Shown in pieces: positions 41,474 to 55,990 of a stretch of 64,000 nt of DNA. Each line of letters opens with the position of its first letter. Positions within the stretch are counted from its first letter, which is position 1. Source of the DNA: the human T2T-CHM13v2.0 reference genome, Homo sapiens. The notes under the pieces are model-generated. The model was not told the DNA's origin and searched no databases. It was given only the letters and a program-made list of their open reading frames with translations. The stretch lies in the NCBI RefSeq assembly GCF_009914755.1, contig NC_060947.1. One strand, 5' to 3'. The position numbers and the translations under genes were made by a program.

Positions 41474-43703
41474 TGATATGGTTTGGCTGTGTCCCCATCC
41501 AAATCTCAACTTGAATTGTATCTCCCAGAATTCCCACGTGTTGTGGGAGAGACCCAGGGGGTAGGTAATTGAATCATTGGGGCATTTCCCTTGCTATTCT
41601 CATGATAGCTAATAAGTCTCATGAGATCTGACAGGATTATCAGAGGTTTCAACTTTTACTTCTTCCTCATTTTTCTCTGGCCACCACCATGTAAGAAGTG
41701 CCTTTCACCTCCCACCATGATTCTGAGGCCTCCCAAGTCATGTGGAAGTTTAAGTCCAATTAAACCTCTTTTTGTTCCCAGTTTCATGTATGTCTTTATC
41801 AGCAGCATGAAAACAAACTAATACAGTAAATTGGTACCAGTAGAGTGGGACGTTGCTGAAAAGATACCAAAAAATGTGAAAACGACTTTGGAACTGGGTA
41901 ACAGTCATAGGTTGGAACAGTTTGGAGGGCTCAGAAGACGGGAAAATGTGGGAAAGTTTGGAACCTCCTAGTGACTTGTTGAATGGCTTTGACAAAAATG
42001 CTGATAGTGAAATTAACAATAAAGTCCAGGCTGAGGAACTTGTTGGGAACTGGAGCAAAGGTGACTCTTGTTGTGTTTTATCAAAGAGACTAGTGGCATT
42101 TTGCCCCTGCCCTAGAGATTTGTGGAACTTTGGACTTGAGAGAGATAATTTAGGGTATCTGGTGGAAGAAATTTCTAAGCAGCAGAGCATTCGAAAGGTG
42201 ACTGTTAAAAGCATTCCATTTTAAAAAGGAAACAGAGCATATAATTCAGAAAATTTGCAGCCTGATGATGCAGTAGAAAAGAAAAACCCATTTTTTTAGG
42301 AGAAATTTAAGCCGGCTGCAGAAATATGCATAAGTAGCAATGAGACTAATGTTAATCCCCAAGACCATGGGGAAAATGTCTCCAGGAAATGTCAGAGACC
42401 TTCACAGCAGCCCCTTACCTCACAGGCCCTGAGTCCCAGGAGAAAAAAAGTAGTTTCATGGGCTGGGCCCAGAGTCTCCATGCTGTGTGCAGCCTAGCAA
42501 CTTGATGCCCTGTGTTCCAGCTGCTCCAGCCATGGCTGAAAGGGGCCAATGTACAGCTTGGGCCATGGCTTCAGAGGGTAGCTTCCATGTGGTGTTGAGT
42601 CTCCTGGTGCACAGAAGTCAAGAATTGAGGTTTGGGGACCTCCGCCTAGATTTCAGAAGATTTATGGAAACACCTGGATGCTCAGGCAAAAGTTTGCTGC
42701 AGCGGTGGGGCCCTCATGGAGAACCTCTGCCAGGGCAGTATGGAAGGGAAATGTGGAGTCGGAGCCTCAACACAGAGTTCTACTGGGGTACTGCCTAGTG
42801 GAGCTGTGAGAAGAGGGCCACCATCGTCCGGAAACCAGAATGATAGATCCACTGACAGTTTGCACTGTGTGCCTGGAAAAGCCGCAGACAGTAAATGCCA
42901 TCCCAAGAAAGCATCAGGAAGGAAGGCTGTACCCTGCAAAGCCACAGAGGTGGAGCTGCCCAAGACCTTGGGAATCCACATCTTGCCTCAGTGTGACCTG
43001 GATGCGAGACCTGGAGTCAAAAGAAATCATTTTGGATCCTTAAAATTTGACTGATCCACTGGATTTTGGACTTGTATGGGCCCTCTAACCCTTTTGTTTT
43101 GTTCAATTTCTCCCATTTGGAATGGCTGCATTTGCCCAATACCTGTACCCCCATTGTATCCAGGAAGTAACTAGCTTGCTTTGGATTTTACAGGCTCATA
43201 GGCAGACGGGACTTGCCTTGTTTCAGATGAAACTTTGGATTGTGGACTCTTGGGTTAATGCTGAAATGAGTTAAGACTTTGGGGGACTGTTGGGAAGGCA
43301 TGAATGGTTTTGAAATGTGAGGACATGAGATTTGGAGGGGCCAGGAGCAGAATGATATGGTTTGACTGTGTCCCCATCCAAATATCAACTTAAATTGTAT
43401 CTCCCAGAATTTCCAAGTGTTGTAGGAGGGACCCAGGGGGAGGTAATTGAATTATGGGGGCTGGTCTTTCCCATGCTATTCTTATGATAATAAGTCTCAT
43501 GAGATCTGACGGGTTTATCAGGGGTTTCCGCTTTTGCTTCTTCCTCATTTTTCTCTTGCCGCTGCCATGTAAGAAGTGCCTTTCACCTCCTGCCATGATT
43601 CTGAGGCCTCTCCAGCCATGTGAAACTTTAATTCCAATTAAACCTCTTTTTGTTACCAGTTTCAGGTATGTCTTTATCAACAGCATGAAAATAAACTAAC
43701 ACA
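41474..43703 (+). mobile_element. Complete THE1 (THE1A-like) MaLR element: LTR 41474-41825, internal 41826-43352, LTR 43353-43703
   Basis: Two ~350-bp direct repeats (tgatatggtttg...aacta(a/c)aca). Internal region begins gtaaattggtaccag. 5-bp TSD cctgc/actgc. Confidence 0.95.
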
Positions 43704-44813
43704 ACTGCTTTTGCTGTACTCCATAGATTTGGTATGTTGTGTTTCTATTATCATTTGCTTCCAGAAATTTTTCAATTTCTTTTGTAATTTCTTCATTGAC
43801 CCACTGGTCATTAAGGAGCATATTATTTTATTTTTATGTTTGCATTATATAATTTCCAAAATTACTCTCGTCATTGGTTTCTAGTTTTCTTCCATTGTTA
43901 TCAGAGACTATGCCTGATATTATTTCAATTTTTTGAATGTTTTAAGACTTGTTTTATTACCTAGCATACGTTCTGCCCTTGAGAATGATCCCTGTGCTGA
44001 GTAAAAGAATGTGTATTTTCCAGCTCTTGGATGAAATGTTCTGCAAATATCTATTAGATCCATTTGTTATATAGTGCAGATTAAGTCTGATGTTTCTTTT
44101 CTGATTTTCTGTAAGGAAGATGTGTCCAGTGATGAAAGCGGGGCATTGAAGTCTCCAGCTCTGATTGTCTTAGGACCTATCTCTGTCTTTAGCTCTAATA
44201 ATTATATTTCTGGGTCCTCTGGTGTTGGAGGCATATATATTTAATATTTTGTCTGACATAATAATAGTTATTTCTTCTTTTTTGGTTTTCATTGGGAGGT
44301 CAAGTTGGGCAGATCACTTGAGACAATCTTTTGGAATATCTTTTTCCATCCCTTTATTCTCAGTCTAAGTGTGTCTTTATAGGTGAAATGTGTTTTTGTA
44401 GCCAACAAATCAATGGGTCTTCTTTTTTCATCCATTCAGCATGTCTATGTCTTTTGATTTGAGAGCTTAGTCCATTTACATTTAATGTTATTATTGATAA
44501 GTAAGGGCTTACTCCTGCCATATTATTATTTGTTTTCTGGTTGTTTTGTGGTATTCTCTTTCTTCTTTCTTGTCTTCTCTGTCTTCATCTAGTGACTTTC
44601 TCTGGTGATATAATTTAGTTTCTTGCTTTTTATTGTTTGTGTGTTTATTGTGTGTTTTCTGGTTTGTATTATCATGAGGCTTGAAAATATTATCTTATAA
44701 GCCATTATTGTATCCTGCTAACAATGTAACATTATTTGCATAAACATACAAACAAGCAAAAAGAAAACTAATAAAATTATATGCCTTAACTTTGTCCCCC
44801 CTCCACTTTTTAA

Positions 44814-45335
<522 letters not shown>

Positions 45336-46020
45336 TGATTGTAATATTCCCTTTACCATTTCTTGTAGTTCAGGTCTAGTGTTGATGAAATCCCTCAGCT
45401 TTTGTTTATCTGGTAAAATCTTTATTTCTTCTTCTTATGAGTTTGAAGGATATTATTGCCAGACATACTGTTCTAGGGTACATTTTTTTTTTCATTCAGC
45501 ACTTTAACTATGTCGTGCCACTCTCTCCTGACCTGTAAGGTTTCCACTGAAAAGTCTGCTGCCAGATGTATTGGGGCTCCATTGTGTTTGTTTCTTGTCT
45601 CTTGCTCCTTATAGGACTGTTTCCTAATTTTTGACCTTTGGGAGTGTGTTATTAAATGCCTTGAGGTTGTCTTCTTTGGGTTAAATCTGCTTTGTGTTCT
45701 GTAATGTTCCTGTGCTTGGATACTGATATCTTTCTCCAGGTGTAGGAAGTTTTCTGTTATTATCCCTTCAAATAAACTTTCTACCCCTGTCTCTTTACCT
45801 CCTCTTTAATGCTAGTAACTCTTAGATTTGCTCTTTGAGGTTATTTTCTAGATCCCGTAGGCATTCTTCATTTTTTAAATTCTTTTTTCATTTGTGTGTT
45901 CTGAGCCTATCTTCAAGCTCACTAATTCTTTATTCTGCTTTATCGATTCTGCTATTAAAATATATTGATACATTCTTCCGTATGCCAATTGCATTTTTCA
46001 GCTACAGAATTTATATTTGA

Positions 46021-46304
<284 letters not shown>

Positions 46305-48749
46305 ATATTAGAGCCTTTTTAATTATTTCGATATCTTGGTTAAATTTATCTGATAGAATTCTGAATTCCTTCTCTGTGTTATCTTGAATTTCTTTGAGTT
46401 TCCTCAACACAGCTCCTTTGAATTCTCTGCCTGAAGCATCACAAATCTCTGTTTCTCTAAGATTGATTCCTGTTGCCTTACTTAGTTTGTTTAATGAGGT
46501 AATGCTTTCCCAGATGGTGTTTATGCCAGTAGATGTTCTTTGGTGTCTGGGCATTGAAGAGTTCTGTATTTATGATAGTTTTCACTGTCTGAGCTTATTT
46601 GTAGCCATCTTCCTTGGGAAGGCTTTCCAAATGTTTGAGTGATTGGGTGTTGTGATCTAACCTGTGTCCCCTTTAGGGGGCACCCAAAGTCCAGTAACAT
46701 TATGATTCTTCCAGACTCATAGAGGTACTGCCTTGATGGTCTTGGACAAGATCTAGGAGAATTTTCTGGATTACCAGGCAGAGACTCTTATTCTCTTCCC
46801 TTACTTTCTGCCAAACAAACAGAGTCTTTCTGTCTGTTCTGAGCCACCTAAAGCTGAAGGTGGAGTGACACAAGAACCCCTGTTGACACCATTGCTATGA
46901 CTGTGCTGGGTCAGACCTGAAGCCAGAACAGTGCTGGGTCTCACTGAAGGCTTGCTGGAACCACTCTCTAGCTACTGCCTATGTTCACTCAAGACCCCAG
47001 GGCTTTACAATCAGCCAATGGCAAAGCCAGCCAGGCCTGTGTTTTTCCCTTCAGGGTGTCAAGATTCCCCAGGTCCCACATGGGTCCAGATGTGCTGTCC
47101 AGGGGTCAGGGACTATAGTCAAAAGCCTTAGAAGTCTACCTGGTGTTCTACTGTATTGCATCTGAGCTGGCACTCAAATCACAGTTCTTCCCACTCTTCC
47201 CTCTCCTTTCCAAAGGCAGAGGAGTCTCACCCTGTAACCACTGCCACCTCAGGCCGTGAAGTGTACTGCCAGACTTCCAACCAATGTTCCCTTAAGTCCC
47301 AAAGGCTCTTAAGTCATCTTGTGATAAATGCTGTCTGGCCTGGGACTCTCCTTTCAGAGAAGTGGGCTCCTTTCTGACCCAGGTTAAGGCCATAAATGCT
47401 ATCTAAGAGTCATGTCCTGGAATTGGGAACTTCCAAAGCCCGCTTGGTGCTCTGCTCCTCTGTGGCCATGCTGTTACCTAAGGTGCCAGATAAAGTCCCC
47501 TTTTCTTTTCCCTCTTCTTTTCTCAAGAAGGAGTTTTGCCCCATAGGTACCACAGCTGATATTGTTCTGAGTCTCACCTGAAGCCAGCAAGCCTCAGAGG
47601 TTCACCCAAGACCTTTGATGTAGTTCCTTGGTATCACTGCTGGTTACTCAGTGCCCAAGGGCTCTCCAGTTGGCAGGTGATGAATGTTATTAGGAATGGG
47701 TCTTTTCCTTCAAGGAAGCAGGTTCTTTTCTGGCCCAGCGTGTGCCTAGAAATGTTATCTGGGAACTACGGCCTGAACAGAGCCCTCACAACTCTGTCTT
47801 GTGCCCTATCCTGCTTTGTTTGAGCTGGTATCCAAGATGCAAGACAGAGTCCTCCCCGCTCTTCCCTCTCCTCTCCTCAAGCAGAAGGAAGGGATCTCTT
47901 TTGGAGCCAAAAGTTGTGTAGCCTGGGGTTAGAAAAGAGGTGATGCCAGCATGCCCTTGACCCTGCCACAGCTGGTGTATCAGTAGGTCATGTGCCTACC
48001 CAGTCCACTGTCTCTGGGCCCAGTTCAGCCCTAAGACTTGCCTAAGAGTCGCAGTCCTTATGGCCTAGACTGCCTTTCAAGTTTACTTGGAGATAGAGAG
48101 TGCTGCAGCCCATGGTGGTAAGGTTTGTGGGAACTCAAGTTTGGGTCCTTAAGCTGGGTTGGGTGATTCTCCTCTGGCTAGGGCTACTTTAAATTCATTC
48201 TCCAAGGGCAGGCATCAGCTGAGTTTGGTCTGGTTTTCCTTTCTGCTCTAACAGGACGGCACTGAGTTCAAGCCTCACAATTGCTGTATTCTCCCTCCCT
48301 TAGTGCCCAGAAAAGCTCTCCACACCATGCAGCTGCTGCTGCTGCCAGTGGTGGGAGGTTAGGTGGTATTGGTGATTCAGTACTTTTTTTTTTTTTATCT
48401 CTTCAGTGCCTCTTTCAGAAATATGAAGTTAAAACTAGTGCTATGAGTGCTTACTTGGTTTTTGGTTGTCATGAAGGTGCTTTTTCTGTGTAGATGCTTG
48501 CTAACTGGGTGTTTGTTGGGAGTGGGAGATGATCAATGGAGCCTTCTCTTCCACCATCTTTCTCTGTCTTCTCTATTCTGTGAGAGTTTAAATGTCATAT
48601 CTGTTTTTGACATTCAAATATCTGTAATTTTATTTTGCTTTGTAAACACGTGGTCACAAACCAGACAAATAAAGATTAAAGCTATAATTATTTAAAACCT
48701 TTTAGATTGGACTTCTAACTTCTGTTATAAATCTATCACCTAAAGCGTC

Positions 48750-48905
48750 TTTGTTACCCAACGTATGCCTTGAAGACCAGCAGCATCAAAATTGCCTGTG
48801 AATATCATAGAAATGAAAAGTCTCAGTCTCCTCCCATATGAACAGTATCATAATCTGTATTTTAACAAGGTACCAAGTGATTTACGTGCCCACAAAAGTT
48901 TCATG
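48750..48905. mobile_element. MER5-like hAT-Charlie relic
   Basis: gaccagcagcatcaaaattgcctg...agaaatg...aatctgtattttaacaag...gtgattt. Confidence 0.65.
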
Positions 48906-49184
48906 TAACAGAAAGAACAACAAACTGGGATTTAAGCCTAGCTCTGCTCCTTTGGCTTTCCTGTCTGTTTCTCCACCTATAAAGAGCAATAATTCTGAAA
49001 TGACTACCTCAGAGTTAATATACAAATGGTATTAGCATTTATGTGAAAGTATTATGAAATTGAAGACATTAAGATAGCTTAAAACAATATGGTTGTTGAT
49101 CTTCTTAGGAAAAGATTCAAGGGTGGAAATGTAAAAGGGGAAAACAGATGAGAAGGTGAGTAATGCAATGAATGCTTACCAAAG

Positions 49185-49510
49185 AAGTTATCCTGGATTA
49201 TCCCAGTGGGCCCTAAATCCAATGACAATTGTTCTTATGAGAACAAGGCAGAGGGATATTAGACCTAAGAGGAAAAGGCAATTTGACCAAGGAGGCAATG
49301 ATCGCTGTGATGCAGCCATGAATAAAAGAAAGCCTATCACCCTCAGAAGCTGGAGAAAGCAACAAATGAATTCTCCTTGAGAGGCTCCTGAGGAAGCACA
49401 ACCCTGATGACACCTTAATTTTGGACTTCTGGCATCCAAAACTGAGAGAAAAATAAATGTCTTTTGTTTTAAGCCACTAAGTTTGTGAAAATTTGTTACA
49501 GCGGCCCATA
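49185..49510 (+). mobile_element. MLT1C/D-like MaLR LTR fragment
   Basis: atcctggattatcccagtgggccctaaatccaatgaca...ggacttctggc..aataaatg..ttttaagccactaagtttgtg. Confidence 0.8.
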
Positions 49511-50409
49511 AAGGTGGGGAAAAAGGAAGAAAGGCATCTATGTCAAAGAAGAAAGCATGAACTCACATTCTGTGCACTTTGCAAACAAATGGTAGCTCTT
49601 TGTCCAATAGAAAACAATAATGCTGAAGATAATAATAGGAACAACTAATAATAATAATGAGCTTAACACACTTTAAAGTATTTTTAAACCTTTTAAATGA
49701 TTTGAAGATGCAGAATCTCAATCATTTTCTCTTTGTATATGTCAGTAAATTGACACTGAAGCTAGTTACCTCTACCCAATCCAAAAATTCTGTAGATAGT
49801 TAACTGGGGGGAGGGGAAAGCCAAACAATGCTTAGTGACATATTAAAAAAAAAAAAAAAAAAAAACAAAGCTAGCCAAACAAACACAAGTAAACTAACCA
49901 ACGTGTCTCGGTGTATTAGTTTCCTAGGGCTGCCATTCTCAAGTTATTTTATACGCTTGCATTTTACTGTGCTTTCTCTGTATTTCCTTTGCTAATGAAT
50001 TCTCTCTTCCTTTCATCCCACTTGCCCCCTCCTAACTCCTATTCATGCTTTATTTATCAGCCTAAATAAAATCTCTTCTAGGAAGCCTTCCTTGAGCCAT
50101 TGATCTCTCATCTACCACCCTAACCAATCCCACCTCCCAGTCACTCGCCCACTAACGTACATAAACACACAGAGTAGGATGCTTTTATGCTGTGGACACA
50201 CTGCATTCATCACAGCATATTAATAACTCGGTAGAATGTGAACACACTGCATTCCTGACAGCATATTATTAATAAATCTGTAGAGTGCATGTTTACTTGC
50301 CTTCTTCCCTCTATGGACTTTATCCCCATCATGAGTAGAACATAGCAGGGGTGAAAAAGGTATTTTAAGATAAATGAATGCATGAATAACCTTTAAAAAT
50401 ACCAACTAC

Positions 50410-50640
50410 CACTTATAAAGTGTTTTCTGTCTGCCAGACACTGTTCTAAGTGCTTTATGTGTATTAATGTATATCCTTATAAATGACCTATGTTACATAC
50501 TATCGATGTTCCCATTTTATAGATCAATAAACTGAGGCAAAAAAAAATTTAGAGCAAAGTAACATAGGAAGTAAACGGTAGAACCAAGTATTTGCATCCA
50601 TGCATTCCCACTGCAGACTCCAGGTTCTTAACCATTATTT
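50410..50640 (-). mobile_element. MIR SINE
   Basis: gccagacactgttctaagtgcttta...cccattttatagatcaataaactgaggc...tcttaaccatta. Confidence 0.8.
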
Positions 50641-52988
50641 TAAAAACATAATAGCTAACACAGAATTTATCACACACCAGACATTCTTTTAACTCATCTA
50701 CATATGTTGATACATTTAATCTCAACACATTCATTCAACAAGCGAATGATACGGGCATAACTAGCACCAATAGTACCTGCATGGCTAAAACTTGGGGGCA
50801 TGAAAAAAGACCTGTTTCCGCCAGAGAACTATTTGTTGTTTAACTAATAAAAGGCAATGCTATCAATTCATATTTGTGAATCAATTGTATTCAAAGCACT
50901 TACACACATAAGGTAACCTCTTTTTTCTCTGGGGCACAATAATTTAAAATAATAACATTAGCAACATTACTTTCCAGTTTTATTTTACATTTTAAATCTT
51001 ACGTTGTGTGAAGTTGTGCCCAATTTCAGCCTGCCACAGGATTCCAAGGTAACAACTTGCAAAGCAGCCCTTTAATCACTAGAATTAGTGTTTCAGTGGA
51101 TTTTTATATGGCAGGTATAGCATGAGTAATGACCCTGTATAACTCAGTAAGATATGATGATGAAAACTTAAGAGCTTCATGTTGAAAGAGTCCCGACTGG
51201 AAGTTAAGAGAGCTAGCTTCAACCTCGGACACTAACTGGAAGACAACTTTCCCTGGACCTCAGTTTTTGCATCAGTGAAATTACACGGGGAATGAGGGTA
51301 TATGTGAGCTCTTTATAACTCTAGATGCCTAATTCTGTAAAGCCACAAACTACTCATGAAATGTAATCTAATTATTTTATAATATCACTTCCAGCCAGCT
51401 TGGCAAAACTAATAAATTGTGGCTCTCTTTTCCTGGCTGGTGAGACATATAAGATAAAAACATGAGCATTATTTACCCAGGATCACAGATTTGACTAGTA
51501 ATGAGGACTCTGTCTCTAAAAATCATAGCATTGAATAGAAACTCCTTTGAGAATATCAATAGTATGCCATGTGTGAGCAGGAAATTACCATCGTGATACC
51601 AGTAGATAGCATGTTAACAGAGTATTAATTATGAAGCAGTGCTAACTGAATAATACATGGCAGTTATTAAGAGGAGATTTTCAAGGGTCGATATGCTATG
51701 ACTCAACTGCCAGTCAGTAATGAGATAATACACTACAGAGCCCAGGTACAAAGAATTGCTGGTGCCAGTGATAAGGATGCGTGATAGCTATCTGGAACTA
51801 AAAATCATGGTCTATACATGGTATGAGCTAAGATTTATAAATCTTCCGGCAGAAAGAGCTATCCAAGCAGTTATAAACCACACATCTGGTAAGCTGTTTT
51901 TATGGATCTTGAGTGCAGAGCTAATGAGGCCAGGATAAAACCTCAGTAGGAAGTCATTTTATAAGATTGCCTCTTTCCTTTTCAGGCATTGTGTAGAATA
52001 ATAGTAAATATCAAATTGCAACAGAATTACTAAATAAGTAAAGAATAGCTTAGCTACCTCTTGAGTGAAGGAGACAATAGAAAAAAAAATAAAGGGACAA
52101 AAGAATCTGTTTTTAGAGCTTCTTACAAGAAAATATCGTTTTAATAAATGTTATTGAGTATGAAGAAGTCAGTCATGTCATAAATTCAGGAAGCATCAGA
52201 TTTACCAAGCATTTATTTTTAGCTTTAGCAAGAGTAAAGAGAATGCATTAAAATATTACCATGGCAAAACATGAAGCTAAAAGTGATATCACAGTCACAT
52301 GATTTATTTTCAACAAAAAAAATTGCATTAACATTGACTTATAGTATTTCCTTGAAATATAAGACATCTCTCTCTTTTTAGTTAAAGGTCATTTAACCAG
52401 CAAGGCAATGGCCTTGTAAAAAAAATTCCTGATAATGCTATTAAGAAACTAACCTTCTAGCGTGGATGGAGGACAGGAACCAGAAATAGGAGTTCCAAGT
52501 TAACAGACATAAATAAACAAAAATATAAAAGATTCTGAAAAATATTTTAATTGTTATGTTTTCTTTATTAGGCTATTTTTTTTTTCATGGTCTCAGTAGT
52601 CACTAAAGGCATTCACAGAGAGCATTCTTCTTGATAAAGGAAAATAAATTCAAATAAAAGACTGCACTAGATGTAGAACCCAAGTCTTTTCGAAATGAAA
52701 GGGGCCTTAAAGATCTTCCAGTAACTCCTGGAAAATTTTCCAAAGGAACAATTTTGTTTCTCAGAGCAGCCTACTCTCTAACATATTCCAGCTGTCCAGT
52801 TAGGTAAGCCAGTGCAATCAGGGAGAACACAGATGAACAAGATAAACAACAACAAAAAGATCACTTGGAAAAAAAAGGGTTACTGTCAAGTAATTCAAAC
52901 TTTGTAATATGAAAGTGTCAGTGTGGTAAAACTGCTGATAAAATAGCCTGCAGCCATTTTTCCAAAACAGAAAGATGGCACTAATATT

Positions 52989-53168
52989 GTTTTTCTTTTA
53001 TTTTAAATTTCATTATTATAATACTTTAAGTTTTAGGGTACATGTGCACAACGTGCAGGTTTGTTACATATGTATACATGTGCCATGTTGGTGTGCTGCA
53101 CCCATTAAATCATCATTTAGCATTAAGTATATCTCCTAATGCTAGTACTCCCCCCTCCCCCCACCCCA
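52989..53168 (-). mobile_element. Severely 5'-truncated L1PA4/5-like 3' end (~180 bp)
   Basis: tactttaagttttagggtacatgtgcacaacgtgcagg...ctcctaatgct..ccccctccccccacccca. Confidence 0.92.
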
Positions 53169-53626
53169 TAAGCAGACCAACCATGCTTGTTTACTACAGG
53201 ATTTCTACAGCCATCATTTAGAAAGGCATAGAAGCAGTATTTCTGAGCTACTGAACAGTAATACAATGCACAAATTTTACAGTGGATAAGCCAGCCTACA
53301 AAAGGGAAGAAATGTATTTCATGAAATCTCTCTCCTGTCGATGTATAACATCCACAGAAACAAAGATGGATCAAGGTAGCCCACATACTAACCATGACTG
53401 AAAATGTACTCTTGCCCCTTGGAATAAGCTTTTAATTCCTATCTTTGCCCTTCACTCTTTTCTATGATGCTCTGTTCATTGTCCTGCTTCCACCTTCTTT
53501 TAGCATTCTTTTTTGCCCCAATAACAGAAAAAACAAAACTATGTAAAAGATAAAATGTCTTCAATTTCTTACTGTAATAATGCACCCAAACACTCTCTTC
53601 CTTCTCCCCACCAACATGCATATGCA

Positions 53627-53652
53627 AACACACACACGGAGAGAGAGAGGTT

Positions 53653-53684
<32 letters not shown>
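53627..53684. repeat. (CA)n/(GA)n microsatellite
   Basis: Read directly. Confidence 0.9.
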
Positions 53685-54969
53685 TCCACTGAGAATTATT
53701 TCTAGGACTGAATGTCCTAGAAGGCAGATGTATCTCTATGTTCTGTTTTGTTTAGCTATATGTGGTACTTACTACAGAGGTGTAACTACCATATATATTT
53801 AAAAAGCAAATGGTAAATTAATTTTACAAATACAGCATACTTCCTGTGATCCAGAGCCACCCATTAAAGTTCAGATATGGAGAATAGAAACAACATTTAG
53901 CAAGAACCCTCCCTTATAAACACACATGTGACACCCACTGATGTTGACATGAGCTGTGAATACACATCTAAAAAGAAGATTTGGTTTACAGTAACCAATG
54001 CTACAGTTAATGAAAAGAGCATTTTTGTAGGATTGCAAAATTACACATATCACACCTGTACATGGATTACCTGCCTCCAAAATAAACATCTTCATAAGAA
54101 GCAGGGTACATCTGAGTGGCTCTAGCATCTTAACTAAATTAAGACCAAAATGGCACCTTTACACAAGGACACAGTATTCTAAAACTCCAAATGAAAACCT
54201 TTCTTTAGGAAGTGGAAATCAGCTGCAATTAAGAGATGACACACTCAAAAATGGCGTATGAGAACTGGCAGGTAAAAGGCTTTCCATGAAACAATTTGAG
54301 TGTACATTGAGTTTGTACAGTCAATCCCTTGTTATCCATATCAGTCAAAGGGGGTGATCACACAGAAAATTCATAATTGTGGATACTGAAAAACACAATA
54401 TTTGGTTTTATATGTCTCAAGCTAGATTCAAATGGGAGAAAAATCTGGAATACATTTGTGAATCCACTGTGAAGAATCTGATTCTCTCTTTCTTGTAGTA
54501 ATCAAATTGGAAAAGCCACTCAGCCTCCAAATTCTGCTTTCACTCTTTCCAAACCATATGGGAAATTATTACCCAGACGGATACAAAGTAGCCCTGGAAA
54601 GCCAAATATACAAACTTGCTTTTTTTTTTTTTTTTTTCTGGCAACTCTCTTATAGCAAAAAGCTAAATGCTTTATCCAAAAAGCACTTTATTTCAGGTTT
54701 CTCTCTGTCTGGCTAGAATGGGGAAAAGAAAGTTATTTATATAAGCTATTATAGTACATAATTACACAGGTAACAAAAGAAAAAAAATCAATAAGATTTT
54801 GAAAGGAATACGTTCTTACCCTAAACCGAATGGAAACAAAAACAACATAGAAGGTATTAATTCAAAATCAGGCAGACCAACAAAAGTCATTGTTAAAAGA
54901 AACCATAGATTTATATAACCTAAACCCTTCATTTTATGGATGAAGAAATTAACAACCAGTGAATTGAAA

Positions 54970-55120
54970 TCTTTACTTCAGTTGTGGTCTGTGGGCCAAG
55001 CCTAAGCATCACCTGGGAGGTTATTAGAACTGCACAATTTCAGTTAAAATTAGAATCTGCATTTTAACAAAATCTCCACCCCAGATAATTTCTATGTACA
55101 TTGAGGTTTAAGAAGTACTT
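54970..55120. mobile_element. MER5-like hAT-Charlie relic
   Basis: agcatcacctgggag..ttagaactgca...agaatctgcattttaacaa...aggtttaagaagtact. Confidence 0.7.
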
Positions 55121-55772
55121 GTTAAATTACTTCTCCAAGTTATCATTAATCATTTACCATGTATATGTTACTCAGTGGTAGTAGTCAAATGTGTCAAGAA
55201 ACCTTTCTTTGAGTAAGAGTAATTCAAGCATACTTCCCTCTGTCACAGTGAACAAACTATTTCCATAAGCTAAATTAATTATTTTTGAATTCTGCATCAC
55301 TTCTTCAGGCCTTTTACCCAAGTTATCAAATTACTATTTTAGTGCAAATAGGCATTGCCAGAGAATAATTTTGGCATTTGAAGAATCTAGTTTATTCCAT
55401 GATAAATTCTACAATTCCTTATTTCCTTATGATCCCTGACTAGGAACCAGGTTATTCTATACAGAATAACCTGGAACCAGGTCCTCGCTTATTCCATTTA
55501 TTTGTCCACTCTAAAGCCAGGCATAAAGAAGCACAGTATATATTTATTCAATCAGTTGTTGGAAGGCAAGCAAAGAACCAAGTTCTTTGTGGTCAGTAGC
55601 ATTTGTGTTAATATTCCTTCAAGAAAAATTACTAGACCATTTTCAAGTCCATTTTTAGTGCACTCTCTTTTATTGGTGGTCAGAAACTGCTTCTTGCTCT
55701 CCACTTCAAACTCCTCAGCCATATAGTTAGGCTTGTCTCTACAGCCAATTGAGCCTATCCTATACTCTAAAC

Positions 55773-55990
55773 AGGTGGCTCTCAACCTGAGGTGATTTGG
55801 CCCCACAGGGGACATTTTGCACTGTCTAGAGATATTTTTGGATATTACAACTGTAAGGTGGTGAGTGCTACTGGCATCTACGGAGTAGAGGCCAGAGATG
55901 CTGCTAAATATACTACCCAGGCAGCCTTCCACAACAAGGAATTAATTATCCAATCCAAAATGCCGATAGTGCTAATGTTGAGAAACCCTT
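55773..55990. mobile_element. MER20 hAT-Charlie DNA transposon
   Basis: 218 bp with terminal inverted repeats ..ggctctcaac / gttgagaaaccc, core ggggacattt..gtctagagatattttt, and degenerate 8-bp TSD ctctaaac/gcctaaac. Confidence 0.85.

Noticed and set aside
41922-43054. Coding ORFs in the THE1 internal region
   Set aside because: Short, fragmented and overlapping. THE1-int carries only a decayed gag-derived ORF, and no intact frame is seen.
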